Positions 23,401 to 38,728 of a stretch of 64,000 nucleotides of DNA are shown in pieces. The notes under the pieces were generated by a model that made no database searches, was not told the origin of the DNA, and saw only the letters and a list, made by a program, of their open reading frames with translations. Numbering within the stretch: the first letter of the stretch is position 1; every line of letters begins with the position of its first letter. Made by a program: the position numbers and the translations under genes. The DNA comes from Eukaryota sp. GEM-RC1 (Eukaryota), in contig JAUFOQ010000004.1 of the NCBI GenBank assembly GCA_040285855.1, forward strand, positions 1,488,001 to 1,552,000, read 5' to 3'.

Positions 23401-26400
23401 TCAAATATTGGGAAAATCACCACTGAAAATAGAATTTTATTCTGAAATCAACTCGGGTAATTTCTCATCTTCCTTAATTGTTCAGGAATCAGCGGATTAT
23501 TCATCAGTGTCTGGTCAAGTACAATCACCTAATTCTTTTGACTTCTTCAGTCACGTGATTCTTGATGACGTGTCAGTTTCAGAATTCCAGTCTTCTAGTG
23601 GTTCAATCACTTGTCATTCTGATGTTTTGATGAGAAATGATGTTACATTATCTTCAACTACATTCACTTCTGATGCTGATATCATTCTTTCAAATGCAAA
23701 CATCGTTTTAGGACAAAATTTGGAATTGCTAGAATTTCAAATTTTAAGAGGATCAGGAATTTTTTTTGACAACACTTCACATTCTGGTAAAATAATTCCT
23801 TTACCTTTAATTATTTTTGATGACAACCTTTCACTTTCTTCTTCTTCTACTATCTCTATTCAAATCAATAGTGATAATTCTTCTACTCAAGTAATTGTTG
23901 GTTCAACTGCTTTTCTAGATGGTACAATAGAAGTAGAATTTGATCCTTTTAAACATTGGGGTGGTAAACAATACGTACTTATTGATTCTTACCATCGTTT
24001 GGGTCAATTTACTTCCAGTCAAAAGCACGTGTTCTTCTATTTTTAATATTGAGTATACTTCTACTTCAGTAATTGGATATTTTGATGACTATATTGCTCA
24101 TTTAAACACCATTTCCTACATGTCTACCACTGGTGTTGATGATCCTTGTTGTGGAACTTTTGACAGTCCATGTGCTTCTTTTAAAGGAGTTTTAGAAAGA
24201 ATGGGAAGTAAAGGGAAGGTTTATTTCCACGAAGGAACCTACACTTTTGATCAAGGATTAGGTACAATAAATAATGTTGATTGGGAAGTGATTGGTCTTG
24301 GTGACGTGATCATTGAAGGAGGTGATGAGACGTTATCAGAAGTATTAGATTCCAAGTTTTCACTTTCAAACATTGTGGTTTATTGTAATTCTCCTAGTTG
24401 TTTTTCTTTTGTTGATTCCATTATCCAATTAATTAATTCAAATATCTTTCATGAAGCTGGTTCTACTACAATACTGACTGATACATCTACAGTTTTTCTA
24501 TCAAACTGTAGCTTCGAGTCGAATTCCTCCAGTTTATTAAGGTCTGGTAATTCCCAATTAGTTTTTCAAAATGTCACTGTTTCTGGATCTTTTAAGGATT
24601 CTTCTTTTATTCTTGACAACACATCATTCGATATTTTTTACAACACTTTTTTAAATATTGAGTCATCATCATTATTTCAGCTAACAAAGTCTGACATCAC
24701 TTTATCTCATTCAAGTTGTTCAAATTCTAACTTTTCTTCTGCTGTTTTTGATCTTACGGAGAGTGAAGTCAGTCATCTTGGACTTTCTTTTGAGTCTGTC
24801 AGCACTGTTATTATCTTTTCAATCAAATCTAGCGTATTTGTTATCGATCATTTTTCAATTACTTCCTCGATCAAATTCGATCAGTTACTATCAGCAGAAA
24901 GTGCTGAAATCAACCTCGATGATTGTATTCTCCTGAGTCTTGATTCATCAAATAATCTCATTTTTTGTCGTCATCAAGTATTCTTCTCAAAAACACTTCA
25001 TTCCAAGACATTAATTGCAAGTCACTAGTTGAATCTGTAAATAGTCTAGTTGAGTTAAACAATTTGAACTTTTATAACGTAACTTGTGACACGTGTTTTG
25101 ATGTATCTGGAAGGAGTCTAGTTGTTGAGTTATTGGAATTCTTTTACACATCTGGCACTGTTTTTGAATTATCACAAGTTGAATTAACCACTATACTATT
25201 TTTAAATATTTATGATAGTAATTTGGAATCAGTTGTTGTATGTTTCAACACAACTTCTGAAATCACCGATATTTTGGTTTCCAACTCTACATTGGAAAAT
25301 TTTCTAAAATCAGAAGATTCCTCTGGAGAAGTTTTCAGTTTTGTTTCGGATAACTCCACTTTCAATTATATGATTGCTTTAAGTGATGTTGATATCCTAT
25401 TCTCTGATTTCGTGTTTTCCAACACTTCTGCGACACATATCTATCACGTGTTCAACTCCAACATTGCAATCAACGACTTTTTGTTAAATGACGTGATGAT
25501 TTCAGACTCTTTCTTGTCGTCTTCTGACTCTAACATAGTCATCAATTCTTTTACTTATGTAAATGGTAACTGTCAGAACTCTTCTGGACTTTTTGATCTA
25601 AGAAATGGGTATCTGAATATAACAAATTTTAATATTTCCGAATTCATGGGATCTCTATTTGCTTTGAATGGTGTGGAGTACTCAGTGTTACAGCATGTTA
25701 GTTTGCATGAACTTCAATCGGACACCGTCTTTCTTTTTGTTAACATCAGTATTTCCATATCCGATGTTTCAATTTTGTACTCAAATGTTGACGTTGTTTT
25801 TGAATCGTACAATTCATTGATATTTCTTGATGAACTAAATTCCATTGGCTTAAACAGTTCAACAATTGTTAATGCATCGTCGTCTGTTTTAATCCTCAAT
25901 CACGTGAACTTCTCACAATTGTTGACTGTACGTGCTTTAAGACTTTTGGATGTGACTCTTGAACTCAATTACTTCAGTATTTCTCATTCTATTTTGACTT
26001 CAGGGTTTATTATGACCTGCTCTACTAACTCAACTCTTCTATCCGTAGATATTACGAACATCAATGAAAATTTTAATTCTTCTAGTGACTCTAGTGATAA
26101 TTATTTGTTCGTCATCAGAGGAGGATTTTTTTCTTCGCAAAATTCTCATTTCAGTCACGTCTATAGTAATTTTCTCATGCTCGAATCCTCTGTTGCGTCT
26201 TTTCACAGAGCTGAAATTTCAAATATAATTGGTTCTCCTCTATTCAACATTGTTGACTCTCATTTAAATCTTTCTTCAATTACACTAACTCAAACCAATG
26301 CTGACGTACTCTTAACATGTCTACATTGTACTGGATCGATGGACCACTTACTTATAGAAAACTCTTCTTTTACTTCACTTTTTCATTTAGACTATGGATA

Positions 26401-29400
26401 TATGAGTTTTAATACTACTTCCTTGACTAAGATTAATACTTCTTTAGTTTTTGAAACATTTAACTGTAATGTTACTATTAATCACTTGGATATTGGTTTT
26501 ATGAGAATTTATAAGTCATTCATCTACTCAGAATTTAGCATTATTGTAATGAGCTCAATCAATGCTGCTTATATACGTGATGCTTCTGATCCGTTGTTTA
26601 TGTTCAATCACTCAGAACTCACAGTTGTTGATATCTTTTGTCTGCAATTGAGTGTTCAATATTCTCTTTACGGATTCATCAGTAGTAATTTCCGCTCTTT
26701 CTTTGAAAAATTCCAATACGTCATCTGTCATATTTAGTTCTAATTCTAATTTGGAGATATCCAATAGTTCATTCTATTCTATTGAGGTTCACGTACTGGT
26801 CTCTGTAGATAATCTTTCTAATGTAACTATTGAAGGGTCAACGTTTTCTATGATTTATGGAAGTTCTTTCTTCAATTTCAATGATTCAACGTTTTCACTA
26901 ACTCTTTCCCATTTCAACATTCTCAATTTAAAACACTTCCTCTCTCTTACTTCTTCTTCAGCTTCTTTGTCAAATAGTTCTATTGTTGACGTGGAGTCTT
27001 CTCAATCACTTATCAATGCCGACGATTCAGTGGTCACAATCAATTTGCTTGAATTTAAAGATGTTGTGTTGGAGAGCTTTTTCGATCTAAATGATTCTAC
27101 ATTAAATCTGTTCTATGTTACTATGGACTCTAATCTCACTTTGATTAAATCATTTTTGATTGGGCATATCTCAAATCTAGTTTTCAGCAATATATTCTTC
27201 TTTGATCTTTCGACTCTTAGTGATTTTCCATTAATTAATTTAAGTAATTCCGATTTCAATAGTGACCTTCTTGCTTTTGAGTTACTTAATTGTACTCTTT
27301 TCGAATTCATTTCTAGTGAAGTTCAGCTTTCAAATACTTCATTCAAGAGTATTAATTCTTCTTCAATTGGTTTTATATCTGATTCTTCTTTAATCATTAG
27401 TTCTTCTGTTTTTCCAAGGTAAGTATTGGTGATTTTGATTTGATATCAATGGTTAATTCCTCAGCTAGCTTTGACAAGGTTGAGTTTGATAACGTTACAG
27501 CTTTTTCTTTATTTACAGCAAATAACTCTTCAGTTTTCACTAATTTGTTGACGTTTTCTTCCTTTAATTCGGTTCATCCTTTCAAATTCACCGCTTCTAG
27601 TTCTTTGACAATAGAAAACTCGCTATTCTTCAGTTCATTCACTAGTATTTTATTCTATTTCAAAAATTCCAACTTGAGTTTAATCAATACGGAACTGATC
27701 AATATGACAACTCAATCAGTTCTAATAACAGAAGCTGCAATTATTCACCTTTATAACATGAAAATTCAGGATACATTTGTTTTTGATGTTTTTTCGAAAT
27801 TACTGGATACGAATGTACAAGTTGAGAACCCAATTGTCCGAAATTCCCAATTTGTTGAGATGTTCCAAGTAATTCAATCACGTGTTGATCTCTATTCAAT
27901 TGACTTTGGTTCAACCAATTCTCTGACAAATTCTCTATTTAATGTGTCTCTCAGTACAGTAAATGTCCATGATATCAATGTCAGTGGTCCTTTCAACAGT
28001 AATCTACCTCTAATTCAAGTTCTTAATTCAAATTTCACTATCTCTCAGTTCAATGCTAGTCACTTAAATACTCCTCTTTTCAGTTGTTACTCTTCATTTA
28101 CTTTATGGAATGACGTCATTGTCTTAAATTCCACTGCTGATTTCCTAGTGTCTGTTGATTTTTCGAATAGCAGTTTTTCAAATGTTGAGATTTCAAATTC
28201 AGTCATTAATAATGATACTTTTTGGTAATATCATCAGCCATTGTCGTTAACCGGTTTTTTCTTGATCACATCACAAGTTCTAATGTATTTTTATTTTCAG
28301 ATTCTTTAGGATCATTGGCAAACTCTAAATTCCATCAAGTTAAATCTGAAACAAGTTTTCTACATCTAGACAGTTCTACATTCAAAATTGAAAACATGTC
28401 TTATTCAAATGTTGACGCCATTTATCTCATGAAATTAGACATGTCTGATATTGACTGTAATGGAATTCTATTGTTGACATCACATATTGATAATGTCATC
28501 TTTTCTCAGAACTCTAACGTTTCATTGTCTCAGTTCTCTATTGATTCTACTAATAGTAAGAAAGTCTTTACTGTTTTGAACAACTCCTTGATGAATTCTA
28601 CTGTTTTAAATATTGTCAATAGTTCCATAACTTTTCTTGTTATTTCTGGTGAAAGTACAATTGAATTTAATCAAATGCAATTGTTGCATCTTTCTTTGTT
28701 AATTCAGCTTTATCAACTCTTTTCTTCTTTTCCAAGTCTATGGGTTTGCTATCAAATATTCATGCTGACGTCATCAATGTTCCAATAGTAATCTCTTCAG
28801 ATAGTGTCATCTCTTGCCGACAAATTGAAATTTCGTCCACTGTTTCTTATATATCTTTTTCCTCGAAATATTCCAAGTTTTCCCTTGTTGATTCTCAATT
28901 TCATAACGTGTCTAGTAGTTTTATCTATGGATTTAACACCGCAATACTTCTTAACGATGTAACTATTTCTGGATTTACTAAATATTCCAGGCCGACATCC
29001 GACAACGAGTTTAATGATGAAAATTTTAATATGTTTGATCTTTTTCATCAAATTTTAGTACAACCGAACTTATCATTAATAATGCCACGTGTCAACATTT
29101 GATATATTCGTCCAATTCTACATTAACTCTTCAACACAACACCTTTTCAAATTCAGTTCTGAATTCTGCTGTGCACTTCAGCAGTACAATTTTACAGGCG
29201 GAAGATTTAATTTTCCAAAATTTGACAACATTGCACACATTTTGACACTTCTAAACTCCAGATGTTCTCTCAATTTATGGCTTATGCATGATATCAAGTC
29301 ATTAAAATTGGTTGAAGTATTGAACTCTTCATTGTCTGTTTCAAAGCTCACAATCACCAACTTTGATGCTCCTTCTATATTCAATATTGACCACTCTGTC

Positions 29401-32400
29401 GTTAAATTTCAAAATGTTTCTGTTTACGACTGTAATTCAGAGTCTTTAGAACCATATTGTGAACCATATGTTACCATAATTAACTCTCAAACTTCTTTGG
29501 ATAATTTTAAATTTTCAGGGTGTATGTCTCAATCAGTTTTTAAATCTGATTTTAATGTCACCAACTCTTCGCTGTCTTTAACTAATTCATCTGAATTTCT
29601 GTTGTTATCCTCTTTACATGTGCAAAATTCATCACTATTATTCTCCTCTGGATATCCGATTATTTCAAAATTTGTTTCCAATTAATCAAGAATCTGAAAT
29701 ACTTGGAACTGATTCAGTTCTGGATCTCTCTGAGCTATTTCTCAATATTTCAATTTCTCCTACACAACACTGTTGTAACACTTCTTTTGCAGTGTTTCAC
29801 TTAAATTTGATGACGTTCATTATCTTGAAGAATTGTTAGATTTATCAATCAATATTCAAAATAACTTTTATTATGACTTCAAATTGAATTCTCTTGATTT
29901 CCTTTTGAGTGATACTGTCTCTTTCAGTGTTTTAAACACTTCGATCTATTTTAATTTATCAATATCCGAAATGTTGTTTTCCCGCCAATTGTTTATTCCT
30001 ATTTGTCCTATTGAGTTTGTTAGTCTAGAACCTCCAACTAGAGGTGGATTTGTACCACTGTTTGCTTTTAATCTTGGGTTAGATCCTATTGTTATTCATC
30101 ATTCAACTGCTTGGGTAAATGAAAGTCTTGAGTATTCTGCAAATAATCATGAAAATTTGAACTTCTTCTTCTTCGAAGGTCATGGTTGTCATGAAATGTT
30201 GATATCTAGATCCACCGATTCTTCACAAATTTCCTTTACTTACTGCTTCAAAAAGCCTGTCATTTCTTCTGTTTCTCCTCATCCATTCTTTTTGAACGGA
30301 GAGCTTTCAATCATTGGTCAAGATCTTTCAACAAATTTCGACTATTCATCTTTAGTTTCTAAAATTGCTTCGACACGTGTGTCAAATCATTCTCATGAAG
30401 AAATTGTGCATTATATTCCTTACGTTTGTTCAGTTGAAAGTAACATTTTCAATGTTTATGTAATAATTGGAAATCAAACCAGTAATGTTTTTCAACTTCA
30501 TTTAGCTGCACCAAGACATAACTATTTTCCATTCATACTTTCTCCCGCTGGAAATCTTTTGAGATTATTTGGAACAAATTTTGGCAAAATGTTTGAATGT
30601 TTTGACAATTCTACTATTCAAATGTCTGGTTATGCATCTCAATTAGAGCAAGTAACGACTGACGAACTTATTATTTCTACTGGTGAAATAGCTGGTCTCA
30701 GTCAATTTATTACTGAAATCAAATTTATACCTGGTATCTCTCTTGTTTTATCTATTCCAATTACAACTTTAGAAGCTCACAATACGTCATTGGCTTGCTT
30801 TGTTAACCAACACTGTGAAATATTTGCTTATAGTCTAAATGGGGAGGTTTCAATGGATGAATTTCAAATTACTGCAAGTCTTCCAAATTCCATTCAAATT
30901 TTCAATTTTCAAACCACTCCTGATATTGCTCACATTGAGTTTATTTCTACTTTACCTGGATATCCTGATGATTTAGAATTATGTAGTGAAGTTGGTTGTT
31001 ATCCTATCTTTAACTTACCTTTTATTGTCTTACCCAATTCAATTTCTCCTCGATTTATTCAGTGGTTTGAATCTAGCTTTGTTCATGAAATTTCTCTAGA
31101 AGTTGAAGGAATTCATTTCTACCAGTACTCAGCTATAGAGAGTAGTTTTATATTTGGAGAATTAACATCTCAATTGGTTCAAGTTCAAGATAATATCGTT
31201 ATCTTTGATGTTTTAGTGATTTCTAACGGCTCCTTTGCAAGTGAAGGAATAGATACTCGTGATTCAACTTTCAACTTGGATTTAGTATTTATAGCGGATA
31301 ATTATCTATCAGTTCCCCCGATTCTTCATTTTGACTCCCGAATTGAATTTCTTCTTTTACAACCAATTTCAAATGTTTTCGTCTCTCATGGAAGACAATC
31401 GATGAAACTAGCAACAGGATCCAATGTTTTTCAACTATATGGCGATGATCCCCTTTTCATGTTACATCAATCAACTCAGTCAATGACTGTCAGTTGGATT
31501 ACTGATCTCATTGACGATCAGTTACCGATCTACTTTGAATTGAACTTTCCTGCATCTTATAACATTGATTTTCATCAAATTGATTATTCTATTGACGTAG
31601 AAAGTGTAACAAATTGTGAAATATTAGACCAAAACTCAGATCAAGGGTCATTAAGTTTCACTTTCTTCAGTTTAAATCAAGGTGAATCTTCTTTTTATTT
31701 TTAGTTCAATATTTGGAAACTGCCTTTTCATTTGAATTAGTTCGTCAAGTTGTTCTTCCCCCTTCAATTTCATTTACTTCTTCTGTGTCATTTTCAACCA
31801 TTGATGACGTGATTGTTACTGTTTCAGTTCTTTCACAATGTCCTTCATTTTCTCAATTTCAAGTCAACAATTCTATGGTCGTTCATGATCAAATGGCTTC
31901 AAATTTCAATGAATTTGCAGTATTGCCTTTTTCATATACATATTCATTTAACATTTCTACTTTTTGTTTTACTTTAGGTGAAAGTGATTTGCAATGGACT
32001 TGGGAACATATTGGATTCAAAAATCAAATTATCGGGAATGTTAAAATATTCAATACTCAATTTACAAGTTCAGATCACGTCAGTGTTTATGAACATCGTG
32101 ACATTCATGCTGACTTCAGTGGACTTCTTCACTCTCAATTTAAGTGTGTTGTAGGAGATATGTTATTTAGCGCAACAATTTCAAATTCTACTTTTATCTG
32201 TCAAGATATAATTATATCCACTTTTCAAGTTGTTGTTCCAGTAAATGTTTACTTTGAAGACTTGTTTATCAACTCTTTTCAGTCCATGGTGAAGCCTTTT
32301 TAGAGGAAATGTGTTTCTTACCCAACACGCATCATCCTCAAATTCAAAATTCACATTTTACTTCAAATATTTTAAATAATTTGGTTTTTGATGGATCTCG

Positions 32401-34716
32401 GTGTTGTAATGTTGATGTGTCATATTGCTCTGAATTTTGCAATTCTGGTCAAATAATTTCAGTTGGTTTCAATTCTTCTGTTGACATTTTTCACATTGTA
32501 ATCACGACAAACTCGAGTTGTGAAGATTTTGATTTCGATCTTCCTTTTGAACTGACTGTCAACAATCGTTCTCTTTCTCATTCGTCATCATGTCTACAAA
32601 TTCCCAGTGGTTTTTCCTTTGCTTCCAATGTGTGCAATAGATACTGTTCTTCAGGGAGTTGATGAAATTATTTTAATTCCTCAAAATGACGTGTTTCTTT
32701 TAGAGTTGGAGTTTTACGGTTATCAGTCATATACTTGTCTAACTCCTGTTGATATCAACAAAGGAATTACATCATTGGGAGAAGAAATCGAAGAAACTAT
32801 TCATTTAAGAATGGACAAGCAAACATTCTACAGTATGAAACAATTTAAATATTTCGTCTCTCAGTCGTTTCATCTTATTACTGCTTCTCATCTCTCTTAT
32901 TCGATGTATCTAATTTCACCTAATTGTTTCCATACTCAAGCTCCATTTACTATTACTTTTACTCCTACTAAAGCTGTGGAATTGGTATTTGTTCGGGATT
33001 TTATTGAAATTTTCTCTTATTCCTTGAATATTTCTCTGCCAGTATTTTGTGTCGACGTTATTGGATTTATTGTCGAATGTTCCAACAATTTGTCAATTTT
33101 GTCATCTTCATTTAATTACACTGGTTTTGAATTCATTTTTAATAGTTTGCAATTTAGCACTTCTTCCAATTTCAGTTTCGCAAATCATCATTTGGAACTG
33201 ATGTTTGCAAATCAGTATTATCAATCAAATTTCGAAATTATTCAATATTCTGCAGAAATTGTGGTGCTAGAATCTTATGACGTCAGCAATTGTTCCCATC
33301 AAAGGATGTTTGACAAATCTTGTACATTACTGAAACCTTCTGTTTCATTAATCACTCAACATCATTTTTTAATTCTTCTGAGACCCTTCCGATTACAAAT
33401 TTTATGATATCTTCAATTGATGATCAAATCATAATAGCTGTCAATGATGACGTTCTGGAGGTTATCAGTTTTCCTCTTCAATCAATGAAGATAACACTGT
33501 CATATTTGTCTCAGACAGTGATGCTCAATTTGATTGCAAACGATTGCCCCTTTCCCAAGTTGATCTTGGGGAGTGGATGTTTATGTCCAAAAGGAATGGA
33601 ATATAACGATCATGGTGAATGTGTCGAATGTTCTTTAAATTATTATTCAAATTCAGAATTCAATTCAGAATGTCGTTCTTGTCCGTATCCTAGAATCACT
33701 CTTCAAAAAGGTTCTAGTGATCTTGATCATTGTGTTTGTCCTTTAAACACTCTAGATTCTATAGATTCTTGTTTACATTGTCCTCATTTAGCTGAATGTG
33801 GATATGGAAATTTGACTGGAATTGAACCTGGTTTTAGATTAAATACTGATACTTGGGAACTAGATGAGTGTACTTTTGGTTCAATTGTCATGAGAATTCT
33901 TGCAGATCACGTCATGCTTACGGAGATTTGTGTCAATATTGTACTGAAGATGCTGTTTCAACTAGGATTTACTGTATTGGAAAGGAACATTTGTTAATCA
34001 AGTTAATACTACTACTGCTGTTATTTTTCATCATCATCCTCACAGACATTTCAATGGCTAAATTACTAAAATTAAAACAAAGTCACCACAATATTCTGTT
34101 AATGTCCACTTCAAAATTTTATAGATTTCACGTAATTAAGACACTATCCCATTTTATTAATTTTTTGTTTACAGTGTTGTTTTCAGTTTCTTTTGCCATG
34201 ACCAAATCAACAAGTTCTATCGTTGTATTTTTTGAATTTGTACTATCTATTTTTCAATCCGATCTATCTACTTACTTCCCTTCTATTCTGTTACTGATAT
34301 TACTAGCATTTATTTCAGCTCATGTTATATTCAGGAAATTGAAACAATTTAAATTTTACCATAGTGCATTCTTGACAACTTCTGCTCTAGTTTCAATCAA
34401 TTTCATCTTTGGAACTCTTCACCAACACTTTCTTGTTTCACCTCAATCGTCTAATGATTTTGTCACAGCAACGATTCACTCTTTATATGTTGTTCTCGTG
34501 TTAGTACTCCAACGAAACACTTGTCATTTTGTTCCCATGTTTTTTTATATTCTAATGATTACATCTTCTTTTCTCGCTTTGACATTACATTTAATTATTC
34601 AAACAATTTTAATATTACTTTTGAGTATCAATGCTGCTTTTATTGATCGTTATGTTTATGCATTGATGGTATTTATTCATGTTTTTATTGTGTTTAATGT
34701 AGCATTCTTGTCATAG
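17475..34716 (+). CDS. Giant (~5,700 aa) multidomain membrane/surface protein: signal peptide, RCC1 repeats, three LamG/ConA-like modules, beta-helix-like repeats, IPT-like segments, Cys-rich repeats, multi-TM C-terminus (many frameshifts)
   Basis: Continuous chain of overlapping same-strand ORFs: MIMIIGLLLLCGCVLG signal; WGRNDYGQLG/WGWNHVGQLG repeats; three LYYxW..DLSGN..WxHL..YxNG..FKGRI modules; S/N/F/L-rich repeats; CLCPKGME..CVECSLNYY..CRSCP; hydrophobic helices in 33990-34716. Confidence 0.8.
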
Positions 34717-34885
34717 ATATTGATTTAATAAACTTTTAGTGTCTGTCTTCATTTAGATCTAAATTAAACGTGTTTTATATATCGTTAAACATTAAGATTA
34801 ATATTTTTATAAACAGTATCATATTTAAATGTGTATGTCATACAGCAACGAATTAAAACTACGTGTACTAGTAATTAAAAGATAT

Positions 34886-35110
34886 TCAATGTTCTACAAG
34901 TACATCTACTCTTGCAATTTGACATGTATACAATTCATTTATTTTGGAAAACTTCTCTACGAAAACAAAAGTCTGCCAAAGAGTCTGATTAAAATTTTGC
35001 GTTTGATCATGACATAATTTTGAACAGGCTTCAAAGAAATTGTCAGCAGCGTTTCCAATATTTCCGAGAGTTGATGTAGCAAAAGAAATGAATTTAAGGG
35101 AAGAATACAA
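34886..35110 (-). mobile_element. 3' fragment of RLE-type non-LTR retrotransposon
   Basis: FISFATSTLGNIGNAADNFFEACSKLC is similar to IPFVISILGNIGSAAENFFDAFSNLC at 55700. Confidence 0.65.
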
Positions 35111-35399
35111 ATTGGAATTCAGGAGCTTCAGTGTCTGAGAATATGTATCAATTTTTCTTTTTCAGGTTTGGATAAATATTTTCGGTTTCACAGTACTAAC
35201 AAAACTGTCTGAGTTTCAAAATATTCTGTTCTACGTGTACTTCTTATGTGGCCACATTCAAAGTTCAAACAATGACTCAAAGAAAGCCTCTGAAGCACTT
35301 ACAATATTCCAAGAACTGTTATAGTAAACGAAATTAATTAAAATGAATTCTAAAAGGTGGAATTCAGTTACGTCATTGTCTTGGAATTAAAACAGCAGT

Positions 35400-36318
35400 A
35401 TTATTACACTTGCAGCCATGTGATCTTCGTGATCGTGAATTTGAATATTTGATCACATGACAAGCTGATCCATCAATCTGATCCGTTACCCACGACTAAT
35501 ATAACTCTCACAGAAGTCACTTTTAAAATAATTGATATCGGGGGAGATGTTCTTGCTAAAACGGTTAATTGTTGCACTGGTTTAAGAACACTGGTTTTAG
35601 AAAGTAAAGAAAGCTATCCTTCTTCATTCTTCTTACCATTATTTAAATCTTTGGATACTAATATTTCTTTACTGGAGTTACAAGTCACTATTAATAGGCA
35701 GTCTGAAAGTAATCCACTCAGCGATGAGAAAGTCCAGTCTTTAGGTAAAATGATTGCGAAAAATTCCACTCTTCTAGCTTTAAATCTTAACCTTTCTGTT
35801 ACTTCGTCACAATTTGTAAACACACAATTGGATTGAAAATGAATTCCACATTGTTAAATACAAAACTAAGTTTATACGCAGTGGATTTGAATCGTATAAT
35901 GTTGATTTTTGAAGAACTTGTTGTGAACAAATTGAATTTTTCCCCTAATTCATTTACTAATTTTATTGATGTGGATAACGGCCTCTTTTGTTTTTCACCA
36001 GTTTCTAGGTGTAATTACACAATTTCTTCTGAAGAACTTTCTTCTTTGCGGTGTTTTTTGGAGTGTTTTAGTATCAACGAGCTTACTCTTCAAGGATGTA
36101 GTTTTACTAAAGAATCCATCACTGCTTTGTGTGCTTTAATTAGGTCTAATAACTCATTGACTTCTGTTGATTTCGGTGACCTTGTATTCTCAGATCTTAC
36201 TCCAAGTTACCAGAGGACGGACAAATCTAAGTCTGATCAATATTATTCAAACTTAATCAATGCAATTCAGTGCGGTCCTCGCTTAACCAAAGTCACGCGA
36301 CAATGTACAATTTACTAG
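35400..36318 (+). pseudogene. Degenerate leucine-rich-repeat (RNI-like) protein fragment
   Basis: KNSTLLALNL, INELTLQGCSF and RSNNSLTSVDF LRR-like units in broken ORFs. Confidence 0.55.
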
Positions 36319-37225
36319 TGTTGCACCAAACGTATTTGACGTCTACAGCCGTCCTGGTATTAGATACAGATGCGTATTAATACGTGTCACTTATAGTGGA
36401 ACCCTGCATTACGTCAGTAATTGTGTCAAGATCCTCTGCAGCTACCAATATTTTATTTAACAACTTTAAGATCATTGTATGTTGTTACCACTCATTGATT
36501 CATATTTTATTAAGGTCTATAGTAGATATGTAACAATATTTTTACTGGAATTATTCCCACTGTCAATTTGAACTACCTTTATTTCAAATCATTAATCGAG
36601 AAACAGAATGAAACTGAACTACAAAAACACAGTGTTAATTTACAGAGCAAATTTTACCTACCAAACACTCATTCATTAACATAAAGACCATCCTAGTATA
36701 AAATAAGACAAAAATGACTTGATTGTCGGATTTTTTTGTAAACAGTCAACTGAAACAAATCCAGCAACAGAGTACTGTTACACTAGTAGTACTACTGTAC
36801 TACTAACTTGTTCAGTATTTAAAGATGTAATCGTGTGTTGAAAAACTAAGAAGTGCGATATCAAGATAGCAATGATGCAAACATCCGTCTGAAAGAATCA
36901 AACCAGTTTGAATGACAGAAACCGTTTCATCATATAGAAACCATTATGGGTTCTGAGATGTTTATCCATCTCATCTAGATTTATGTTGTCTTCTTGTCTA
37001 CTACAATCACATCGTAACATACTTCTTTGAAATCCATGATTTAGTGGAATGATCTTATTAAATCCGACCCAGACCCATTCTACTGTCTTCTATCTCTTTT
37101 AAGAACACCATCTGTGTTGTCAGTTTCATTTAGAACTTTTGCTCAACACACATGTTCCAACTACTCCAAACCCGGTTTTGAAACTGAGAAACCAACCCTT
37201 ACACGGTACTTCCTGGCGTCCTTGA

Positions 37226-38677
37226 ATGCCTTCTGAAAAGATCCGTGTAGCTGTAAGAATACGACCCTGTGAAGACCTAACTACTGCCCCTTCTGATCTT
37301 CTAAACTTCTCTCCCACTCTTAATGTTCTGGACTCCTCTTGGACCAACAATGATATCTATCAGCATATTGCTTCCCCCGAAGGTTGTTAATGGTACTATA
37401 TTTGCTTACGGAGAGACTTCTTCTGGCAAAACCCACTCTATGATCGGAAACCATCCGATCCAGGGATAATTCCATCGTCGCTCAGACATATCATCAATTC
37501 ATGTTCTTCTCATCAAGTTAGCATCTCCTTTCTTGAAATCTACAACAATGTCTTGTATGATCTTCTTGATAAATCTAATGAACCTTCTTTGGCCTTCAAT
37601 CCGAAGACCAAGTCAACTATCATTCTCAATGCTACGGAGGTTATGGTGAGTTCAGAAGAGGAAGCCATTGCTCTTTTAAATAGAGGTTGTCGAGGACGTA
37701 CAATTGGTTCTACTAAGATGAATTCAAGAGCTACCCGTGTACATACCATTTTTAAAACTTCTTTGAAATCAACAGACTCTGACAACCCAATGATCACGTC
37801 AAGTCTGTACTTGATTGATCTTGCTGGTTCTGAAAGAGCGTCCAATAACTGGAGCTGAAGGCAAAGTACTTGAAGAAGCTGATCATATTAACAAATCTTT
37901 AACAGTCTTGGGAAGGCTAATCTCCACAGTCAAGAAAGGTAAAGTTTTCGCTAGTTATCGAGAGAATTTATTGACTTATCTATTAAAAGATTCTATTGGT
38001 GGCAACTGTCTGACAGCTGCTCTTTGTTGTCTTAGGCCATCATTTGAGAACTTAGAGACTTCCAAAAGAACTTTAGAATTTGCGAAACGTCTTTGTTTCA
38101 TTACTAACCAAATCTCAATTAATTCTACTACTGATTCTCAATTAACTGGAACAGTTAATGCTAAAGTTAATGAAGTTTTGGATGATAGAGCTTTACTCAA
38201 TAAGTATGAAAAGGATATTAAACAGTTAAAGGAAAAGAATTTAGAGAAAGAAAATTTATTAGACGACTTGAAAGTACAATTGGATATTTTGAAGCAACAT
38301 GCTTCAGAAGGAGGCAAACATCTTCTTGACTGTCAATCTAAAGAACAAGAAATAGCTACAACTACTTCTAAGTTGTCAGCTGAAGTTCATTTTTAAACAA
38401 TTCTGTCACCGATGAGAATGTTGAACAAAGCTGTTCACAAGTTAATGAACGGAGATTTTTACCAACGACAATCTCGAATATCAAGCAAGCTACTGAGTTG
38501 ATGTATCATCAAATAGTTAAAGATGCCGCCAAACTAAAAAAAGATTTAGCTCAGTCTGTTGGACATTTCGAAGAGAATTTGACTGAAGAGGAGAAAAAAG
38601 CAGCTGATCAACTGCGAGTATCCATCTCTTGGGCTCAGACTAGAATGAAGTGTGAAGCATCTTCATTTGATCAATAA
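37226..38677 (+). CDS. Kinesin motor protein (kinesin-7/CENP-E-like P-loop), frameshifted and possibly a pseudogene
   Basis: MPSEKIRVAVRIRP, NGTIFAYGETSSGKTHSM, SFLEIYNN, LYLIDLAGSER, HINKSLTVLG, YRENLLTYLLKDSIGGN, then a coiled coil; switch I reads NSRATR. Confidence 0.82.
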
Positions 38678-38728
38678 AGAAAAAGCCGACAGAAAAAGTC
38701 AGAAGAACCGCCGAAAAAGATCCCAGCC

